Source: the human T2T-CHM13v2.0 reference genome, Homo sapiens. From it: 64,000 nt of DNA. The stretch lies in the NCBI RefSeq assembly GCF_009914755.1, contig NC_060941.1, one strand, 5' to 3'. The notes beneath the pieces were generated by a model. That model was given only the letters and a program-made list of their open reading frames with translations. It did not search any database and was not told the DNA's origin. The position numbers were made by a program, and so were the translations under genes. Shown here one piece after another: positions 1 to 64,000 of the stretch (its first letter is position 1; the number at the start of each line of letters is the position of its first letter).

Positions 1-314
1 CCACCCCCCACCCTAACTGTCTCTTCACTTGGGCCACTCTCCCTTCCCCCAGCCAAATCCTCCTGATGCTCCAAGGCTCAACACTGGATCCCGCCTCCTC
101 CAGGAAGCCTTCTGTTTCTGCTCCAGCCCCAGGTTCTCTTCTCCCTGTGATTCACCCTGTACCTTTCACCATAGGGTCTCACACTGGAATCCTCACACTT
201 GCTGGGGGCAGTGGCATGCTGGAGCCAGCTCAGAAGAGCTCGCAAGAGCTGATCGTTAAATTCTCATGAAGCTTGTGAGCTGGTTGTTAAACACAGCCAT
301 TATTCAGAACTAAA

Positions 315-596
315 TCAATGAATAAGATGAATAAGTTCTGGGGATCTAATGGACAGCATGATGACTATAGTGAACAATACCGTGTTGTGTACTAGAAATT
401 TGCTAAGAGAATAGATCATAAATGTTCTCACCACACACAAAGAAATGGCAACTATGTGAGGTGATGGGTGTGTTAATTGGAAATTGGAAATCATTTCACA
501 ATATATACCTATATCAAATCCTCACATTGTACATCTTAAATTTATACAATTATATATGTCAGCTGTACCTCAATAAAGCTGGGGGTAAAGAAATTA
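315..596 (+). mobile_element. L1M (L1MA/MB-type) 3' end fragment
   Basis: Typical old L1 3'UTR ending ...tacctcaataaagctgg. Confidence 0.7.
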
Positions 597-660
597 TTAT
601 TTGTATTGCCAAAAAATTAAACCATATAAACTTACAATTAAATAAAATAAGTTATATTTA

Positions 661-986
<326 letters not shown>

Positions 987-1189
987 TAAAACAAAGACAA
1001 TAAATGTTCAAAACTCATCCCCGTCCAGTTATTTCACTATATTTACAATTGTGTGTGCTTTTGAGGTTACTTGTCTCTATCATAGCCATATGGCAGGAAT
1101 TCTAGAGCGATGTGGATCTGCATGTTTCTCCCTAACTCCATGTCCAGTAACATAATGTTGGTAGCTGGAAATTGGCCCTGAGAGGAGAA

Positions 1190-1915
<726 letters not shown>

Positions 1916-2227
1916 TATTTACATCATGAAAATTGGTAAATGCCACAAATCAGAGATTGATTGACTCATTGTTTTGTTGATATCTAGATCTAAATGATTT
2001 AAGACAGTGATGGAGAAACTATTAATCCAGTTTAAATTTTAAAATGTGTTCTGTCTGCAGCCTTTACATTATGTATAGCACAAAAATATCAACAGAATAT
2101 TATTCTGGTATTTGCAAACTAGTATCCAATTCAGCAAAGAAGTTGCTCACATCATTGATAAACAAGTAAAGTTCAACATAAATCTTAATTGTTTCACTTC
2201 AATCACTGCTTATAAAGAAAACTCTCA

Positions 2228-2653
<426 letters not shown>

Positions 2654-3070
2654 TTACAATAAACTGCATGGTATATTTTCATTATTTGCAAATTGTGTGA
2701 TACACATCGTTTATATAGTAAAATGTATGATAAGTCTTTTGTGTATATATATGGAATATACATATTCCACCTACACACACACACATACACACACACACAC
2801 ACAGAACAGTCGTTAAATGTTTACCAGCACGCCACTGCCCAGGGGTGAGAACATTCCTCCACAAACTGTACCCCTCCCCAGCACCCCACAAGCCTGGGGG
2901 ATTTAAGGTCTTGACACTTAAAGCCTGGCCGAAAGCAAAGGGAGTGCATGGCATTTGGGAGAAAGAGCAGTGACCTGCCCCTTGGTAAACCCCTCTTCCT
3001 CTCCAGATCTCAGTTTCCCCATCTGAGAAATGGCCATCCTCCGAGGGCCCTCCCGCCGGCGCAGCTCTCA

Positions 3071-34004
<30,934 letters not shown>

Positions 34005-34133
34005 TCACACTACCTGGAACTGGAAGCTCACTCCTCCCTTCCCAGTTCACCAATCCTTCTTCAAGGACAGAGAAGCTGTCCCCAAAGCTTCCCCAGCTCC
34101 CTGCTCTAGCACCCCCAAATGCTATGGTCCTAG

Positions 34134-34336
34134 GAGAGCCCAGCAGGGTGTCCCAGTAGAGACCACCATGCCCCTGTCCTCTCTCATGACACCCTCCCCA
34201 GCCAACCAGTCCCCAGGTGGACCCCTGAACTAGTGGAGAGTCCAGCAGGGTGTCCCGGTAGAGACCACCATGCCCCTGTCCTCTCTCATGACACCCTCTC
34301 CAGCTGACCAGTCCCAGGCGGACTCCTAAGCACTAG
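34134..34336. repeat. 102-bp tandem duplication (2 copies)
   Basis: CAGCAGGGTGTCCC(A/G)GTAGAGACCACCATGCCCC... at 34141 and 34243. Confidence 0.9.
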
Positions 34337-34591
34337 CTCTGCTTTCCTGAGGTCCCTCTCCGATTTTGTGATGAGCAGCTCTCCAAGAGTTTTGACCTCC
34401 ACAGAGCAAGATTATCACCTCCTTTGCTCTAGATGTTATGCTCCTAGTAACACAGCCTTAAGCTCCTCAGGTGTTTTGGATTCCTCAGTGTCCAGGTGGT
34501 CTCTGCAGCCAACACACCGATCATCTCCCCCGCCCACCCAAAGCTGTGTGTAACCAGCTTATGGCTGCCTGTCCATTAGATTCCCCTCTCA

Positions 34592-35335
<744 letters not shown>

Positions 35336-36731
35336 TTACATAGGAGAGCGCGGGCTGCGTTGGGGGGTGGGGGAGACCAGAAGCCAGGGGCCAGGAGGAG
35401 GCTGCTGCAGGGGCCATAGGGACGGGGAAGGGGGCCAGCTGGCCACAGAGGGATGACATGGGCGGGGAAAGGGCTGTGTGGACAGGTGGTGACTGTGTGG
35501 TCAGGGGGTGCCACTCTCAGCTTGAATCATCCTCAGGGGACTCACCTGGCGACACATAGGTGGGGGCAGGAAGACGGATTTCTGTAAGAAGAACCCAGCT
35601 GGGTGGGGTGGAGCTGGGGCCACTGGTGATCCTACCCCAATAGGAAAGCTTCCTGGAGGAAGTTTCCGGAGCCAGGTGTCATCAGGCTGGAGAGAGTCCC
35701 CCGCCCTCCAACTCAAAGGGAGCAGGCTCAGGATGGAGGAGGCATCGGCGAGGGAGAGCTTTGGCCCTGGAGCGTAGGCAACCTTGAGGCCAGGCAGGTG
35801 GAGTAGCCCACAGAGAGGGACTCCTGGGCACCCGGCCCTCCCGTGTCCAGTCACGGCCTGATGAGGATGGGCAGCCTCTATGGCTTTCCCCATCCCCACG
35901 TGGCCTTTGGTGGACTAAAAGGCTGGGATGCACCGAGCGTGAAGGAGACAGAAGAAGGGCACGTCTCTTGCCCCTCCCAGGGCCTCTGGTTTCCTTTCTG
36001 AGAAGTGGGCTGAATGGTCCCCAAGGACTCTGTGGCCCTGAGAGCTGGTTGCTCTCTCTCTTCTCTGGGCCCGAGAATGTGGCCTGCCCTGGGCCTCTGG
36101 GGCAGGAGAGGCTCAGGGAACTCTGGACTAGGGCCGCAGCAGCTATCATTAGCTCCCTGAGTCACCCCGTAAACCCCACGTTCTCACCTGCTGGACTCTC
36201 TTGTTGCCCTGGCCCTCCCTCTCTCTCCCAATCCCTGACACTGATTGAAATGGCCTTTCCCGGGCGACAGACCAGGCCGCGGAGCCACAGCTGCTGACTC
36301 AGCACCTGTGAGATGCCTGGGCCCCGTCTGTCTCCCACGGTGGGGCCACCTCCTCCCATCCTGAACTCCCATCACAATCCTGCCCCAGAAAGCCACCTCC
36401 CTGGGTCAGCCTCGGGAGGCAGGAGCCTCTCCTCTGCCCCCAGCAGTGGTGAGATTGAGATGTCCCTCCCCAGGATTCCCAAACCTCAGGGGAATGTTCC
36501 TGAGTCTGTAAGGACCTATATTCTCACACATCCCTACAGCCAAGAGTGCAGCCAAGAGTGCCTCCCTACAGCCAAGAGTGGGCCCCTGGCTGGGGCCCAA
36601 GCTCCTTCCAACCCTCCTCCCAAGGCCTATTGGCCAAGGGCAGACATGGCCCAGAGGACCTCTGAGGGCCACGCTCTGGGCTCCCCAGGGGCCTTGGAGA
36701 TCACCAGCTGCCTTGTGCACAGAAGACTCAC

Positions 36732-36870
36732 CTGGTGAGGTTCTGGGTGGTCGTGGCAACCCTTGCCCTGAGATCACCGCATGTCTGGGGCCCAAGGCCC
36801 CCGGGTGGGACTGTGGCTGAGGCGGCGGGAAGCTCTCATTGCAGGCAGAGGGATGGCTGGAATGAGGCGT
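36732..36870 (-). other. TRPV3: TRPV3 non-coding exon 1 (5'UTR); 5' end approximate
   Basis: Consensus donor CAG|GTGAGT at 36732/36731 in a GC-rich region ~2.8 kb upstream of the ATG exon; the TSS cannot be fixed from sequence. Confidence 0.75.
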
Positions 36871-37050
36871 CAGAGGCAGAACTGGCTGAGCCACCTGCCC
36901 TCGGCGCCAGGCAGGCCACGCCCACCAGCCACAGCTGCAGCACCCGCCCACCCACGTGGCCCGTGTGAGTCACCCCCACACCCACACAGCAGCCTCACCC
37001 CCACCGGAGAAAAGGCAGGGGAGGCCGCAGGTGCCAAGATCGAAGTTGTG
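36870..37050 (-). promoter_or_regulatory. TRPV3 proximal promoter (TATA-less; KLF/SP boxes, E-box, AP-1)
   Basis: CCACGCCCAC 36916-36925, CACGTG 36953-36958, TGAGTCA 36966-36972, CCACACCC 36976-36983. Confidence 0.6.
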
Positions 37051-38764
37051 GGTCCAACTCCTCCCTCTCTGGCATTCCATGCTGGGCAGGGACTGCCCAT
37101 CTCAGGCCTATTTTTCCAACTAGGAAATGGGAATGATAACATCTACTTTCCAAGGGAGCCGTGAAGAGCCAAAGAGATCACAGAGGTGGGAGGGCCTAGT
37201 GAAGAGTCAAGCGCTCTGCTCTGTCCCCTGGGAGGGAAGACCGCAGCCCAGGCCTAGCCTGGTTGACCTCAGGGTGGCCAGCCCCAAGACTCGGCACTTG
37301 TTCTCAAAAGTCGGTTCCTGGGATCAGGTCTCTCGGGGACGGAAGTCCCCATTTAATGCTGTCCACCAGCAGTCACGCATCATGGCCCTTAGTGTCAGCC
37401 TCACCCCTTCCTGGCTGAATGACCTTAGCAGGTCATTTCTCCGAGCCTCAGTCTCCTCATCTGTGAAACGTGCTTCATAAACCCACTTTGCAAGGTTATC
37501 GTGGGGCTTCAACAAGTACAAGTAGAAAGGGCCAGAACAAGGCCCAGGGCACGGCAAGAACTCAATAAACAATGTCAGCTCTTAGCTATGATTGCTTTTG
37601 TCATCTCAATGTATTCTCCCAGCAACTGCCCAGGTTGCCCTTCTCCAAGGCCAGGGCGTCATAGAAGGAATCGGTGCCCTCTCTCCTGGCCCAGGCTGCA
37701 GCTGTGAAGTGGGTGGAGTGAGTCAGGATGGCCGTGTGTGTCTCGCGTCACTCAGGAACTGCACACCTGCTCCCCGGGGCGAGATGTGGACAAGACACAG
37801 CTGGGACAGAGCAGGAAGTCTCTGCTGACGCGGCCGCAGCTGGCGCCTGATGGGCAGGGAAATCCCCAGCTGTGAGCCTCTCAATCCCTCATCATCACAA
37901 CCTGCCTGGCCTGGGGAGGAGGCAGGAGGCAGGTGAGGCTTCTAGGCCACGGGAGAGCAGGACCTATGGCCGGTAAGGGGCAGACCAGACTTGAGGGTGT
38001 GGGTGAAGCAGGAGACCGCTTCTGCCGTTGAAGTCAGGGGGTCCTGAAGTTCCCACTCACAATCTGAAATCTCATGACTGTGCCTGAAACTCGACCGGAA
38101 AAGCCCGATCTGGGGTTGAGCACGGCCTCCGGCCACTAGCTTACTCACCCTCTCCCGACCCAGCCCCGCGCCCTCCCTGTTTGCCTCTGGCGGCTCAGAC
38201 GCCTGGGGAGGAAGCTGCTGCCAAATGTCAGTGCTTCCATTTTGCTCGTGTTCATAACTTTTCTCAGAGGGCAGGTGGGAGCTGGTGAAAAAGGCCCCTG
38301 TCTCCCACCCAGAGGTGTGTCCTGTGCCCAGCAAGGAAGAAGGGGACCCCCGCTCTGCTATGAGAGGCAGCAGGAGCCAGGTCACCCAGTGGAGTCACAG
38401 TCACTACTTAGGAAGCCCGAGCCCATCCTAATCCCACCCCAAACACACAGAAGCAGCAGCTTCAGCCCCTTAGATGGTCTATATTCAACCCCATTTAACC
38501 CAGCACATGGTGAGAGCCCACGGGAGAGGCCGTGGCAAGGGCGCAGGTGGACAACGAGGGATTCAGAACTGGAGAAGGCCGTGTCCACCCTCGTGGGCCA
38601 CAGGGGACACAGGCTCAGGCAGGAACCACGACCCACCATGTGGGTCATCAGGACAAAATGGGCTGAGACCCCCAAGGCGGGAGGAAGTCCCTGTGATGGG
38701 GTGTAGGGGATGAGTTCGGGAAAGAGGGAGCATCTGCCTGGACTTGGAAGGAGGGAAGAGGCCA

Positions 38765-42211
<3,447 letters not shown>

Positions 42212-42699
42212 TCAGACTGCCTGGGGTCAAACCTAGGCAACGTGTTTACTGGCTGTGCAACCTTACTCACTGTTGGAACCTTGATTTTCTCATCTATAAA
42301 AGGGAACTAATAATAGCTTCTTCACGAGCTGTTAGGAGACTTAAAGGGAGATGCACATGGAGCACCTTCATAAACACTCCCCACATCCCGGCTGTCGGCC
42401 TCCCTCCTCCAGGCTCCAGGCTCACTTGCCATAGTCACATGCAGGCAACTGGGGCTCCTCCGTGGCGCCTCCTATGTGGAGGCAGACATGATGCTAGAGA
42501 ACAGGGAGGAGGGATCCCAGTATTTTCTCCCAAAACACCTCTCCTGGTAGGGCCCAAGCCTCAGCCTCAGCCAAAGTTCATCCTTTCATGAACCAACATC
42601 CAATAATTCCACAACTGAACAACTCATTCTACACTCCGCAGATACTAACACAACCTGCCCAGTCTGGAACAGATCTCTCTTTCAGAGTATCTGTTTCTT

Positions 42700-44124
42700 T
42701 TTTTTTTTTTACAATGTGTTTATTTTTTATCTTTTTTTTTTTAATTTATTTTTTTATTGATCATTCTTGGGTGTTTCTCGCAGAGGGGGATTTGGCAGGG
42801 TCATAGGACGATAGTGGAGGGAAGGTCAGCAGATAAACAAGTGAACAAAGGTCTCTGGTTTTCCTAGGCAGAGGACCCTGCGGCCTTCCGCAGTGTTTGT
42901 GTCTCTGGGTACTTGAGATTAGGGAGTGGTGATGACTCTTAACGAGCATGCTGCCTTCAAGCATCTGTTTAACAAAGCACATCTTGCACCGCCCTTAATC
43001 CATTTAACCCTGAGTGGACACAGCACATGTTTGAGAGAGCACAGGGTGGGGGGTAAGGTCACAGATCAACAGGATCCCAAGGCAGAAGAATTTTTCTTAG
43101 TACAGAACAAAATGAAGTCTCCCATGTCTACTTCTTTCTACGCAGACACGGCAACCATCCGATTTCTCAATCTTTTCCCCACCTTTCCCCCTTTTCTATT
43201 CCACAAAACCGCCATTGTCATCATGGCCCGTTCTCAATGAGCTGTTGGGCACACCTCCCAGACGGGGTGGTGGCCGGGCAGAGGGGCTCCTCACTTCCCA
43301 GTAGGGGCGGCCAGGCAGAGGCGCCCCTCACCTCCCGGACGGGGCGGCTGGCCTGGCGGTGGGTGACCCCCACCTCCTTCCTGGACGGGGTGGCTGCCGG
43401 GCGGAGACGCTCCTCACTTCCCAGTAGGGGCAGCTGCCGGGCGGAGGGGCTCCTCACTTCTCAGACGGGGCGGCTGGGCAGAGACGCTCCTCACCTCCCA
43501 GACGGGGTCGTGGCCGGGCAGAGGCGCTCCTCACATCCCAGATGGGGCGGCGGGGCAGAGGCGCTCCCCACATCTCAGACGATGGGCGGCCGGGCGGAGA
43601 CAGTCCTCACTTTCCAGACGGGGCAGCCAGGCAGAGGGGCTCCTCACATCCCAGACGATGGGCGGCCAGGCAGAGGCTGCAAGCTTTGCACTTTGGGAGG
43701 CCAAGGCAGGCGGCTGGGAGGTGGAGGTTGTAGTGAGCCGAGATCACGCCACTGCACTCCAGCCTGGGCACCATTGAGCACTGAGTGAACCAGACACCGT
43801 CTGCAATCCCGGCACCTCGGGAGGCCGAGGCTGGCGGATCACTCGCGGTTAGGAGCTGGAGACCAGCCCGGCCAACACAGCGAAACCCGTCTCCACCAAA
43901 AAAATACGAAAACCAGTCAGGCGTGGCGGCGCGCGCCTGCAATCGCAGGCACTGGGCAGGCTGAGGCAGGAGAATCAGGCAGGGAGGTTGCAGTGAGCCG
44001 AGATGGCAGCAGTACAGTCCAGCTTCGGCTCGGCATGAGAGGGAGACCGTGGAAAGAGAGGGAGAGGGAGACCATCGGGAGAGGGAGACCATGGGGAGAG
44101 GGAGAGGGAGAGGGAGAGGGAGAG
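42700..44124 (-). mobile_element. SVA retrotransposon, near full-length (probably SVA_D)
   Basis: Minus strand: CCCTCT hexamers (44124-~44040), Alu-like region, GC-rich VNTR (~43250-43675), SINE-R, poly(A); 17-bp TSD CAGAGTATCTGTTTCTT at 42683-42699 and 44125-44141. Confidence 0.96.
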
Positions 44125-44159
44125 CAGAGTATCTGTTTCTTAAGCTCTATTCTACAAAG

Positions 44160-44320
44160 GAAGAGTCAGCAAACTCTTCTGTAAAGGGCCAGATAGTATG
44201 TTTTTTATATTTTAGGTAAGCTTTTTATATTTTAGGTAAGCTTATATTTTAGGCTTTGCAAACTATTTGGTCTCTGTTGCAACTATTCCCTTCTGCATTA
44301 TAGCAGGAATGCAACCATAG
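44160..44320 (+). mobile_element. MER58-like hAT relic with a 20-bp internal tandem repeat
   Basis: GTCAGCAAACT...TGTAAAGGGCCAGATAGT; TTTTTATATTTTAGGTAAG repeated ~2.5x. Confidence 0.6.
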
Positions 44321-44499
44321 GAATGTACACACACGTACACACACACACACAAACATGCATGCATGCACACACCCACACACACACCCCCATGTGTATACAC
44401 ACGCATCCACAAGCAGCCTACACAGAGCCAATTAGCTATGCCAGCCCATTTCCTGCCACAAACTTTACACTTGACACGATATATATGTATACATATCTG

Positions 44500-44505
44500 T
44501 TTATT
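44500..44505 (-). terminator. TRPV1 polyadenylation signal AATAAA
   Basis: TTTATT on + strand; followed on the minus strand by GU/(TG)n-rich sequence. Confidence 0.8.
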
Positions 44506-44906
44506 TGAGGATGCCAGTATGGATGGAGTGGAAGCATGTGCCATTGCGGAGAAGCAGGACTGGGGTTCCTAGAAATGGAAGATCTTTCAAACATTCTTAC
44601 CAGGTACCTTTGGGATGTGGTTCTGTAGTTTTAACCTGCACAGCAATTGAGCTGATCTTCTGGAGACTGTGATTGATCGTAAGGAAGGATGAAGAAGGCA
44701 CTGCTGCAACAGCTTGATTCTGCCAGAGCTGGGAGTGGGACAGCCTCCCCCATCTTCTCCAGGGAGGAAACACCAACACCCCCAAACCACCCGGGCAGGT
44801 AAGAGGAGCAAGCACGGCACAGAGAGGAAGGGCCTCTGCATTTTCCATCAAAGGAAGAGTTTGTTCCCAAAGGTGTTTTCCTGGGCTTCATTTACTTTTG
44901 CTCCTA

Positions 44907-45631
<725 letters not shown>

Positions 45632-45850
45632 TTAGGAGATTCACTTGGGGACAGTGACGGTTGGATGTACATCACTCCCCATGCTTCCAAGAACGCTTCC
45701 CACAGCTTGTCCAGCACAGATTTGGGAACATGCTGGGCAGGCACAGACCAGGCCAGGCTGCTGACAGAGCACTGGTGTTCCCTCAGCAGCCCCCCGTGGC
45801 AACGGGGTCTCCTAAGGCCCAGTGTTGACAGTGCTGTCTGCGTGACGTCC

Positions 45851-64000
<18,150 letters not shown>

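Noticed and set aside
42926-44184. ORFs within the SVA
   Set aside because: SVA is non-coding; the frames come from VNTR, SINE-R and Alu-like sequence.

Overview
Human genomic DNA, recognisable as the tandem TRPV1/TRPV3 thermoTRP locus (17p13.2); both genes lie on the minus strand. The left ~37 kb holds TRPV3: a non-coding exon 1 (~36.7-36.9 kb) and coding exons 2-13, with the 3' exons continuing off the left edge. The right ~20 kb holds the last eight coding exons and 3'UTR of TRPV1, whose 5' part lies off the right edge. All 20 coding exons were placed by hand with GT-AG boundaries and consistent phases. The ~7.6 kb intergenic gap contains a near full-length SVA retrotransposon with a 17-bp TSD. 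The window is very Alu-dense (~60 copies) and also carries L1, L2, LTR and DNA-transposon relics plus several simple repeats. The haplotype carries known coding alleles TRPV3 V25, TRPV1 I469 and TRPV1 V585. I found no convincing wholly new gene system. The most interesting unexplained structures are two locally templated insertions with fold-back or microhomology junctions, an SVA 3'-transduction tag, a TRPV3 uORF, a potential recursive-splice exon, an in-frame alternative TRPV3 N-terminus, a near-perfect Alu-internal duplication and repeated Alu re-insertion at identical target sites. Repeat coordinates are approximate (about +/-10 bp) and subfamily calls are by eye.
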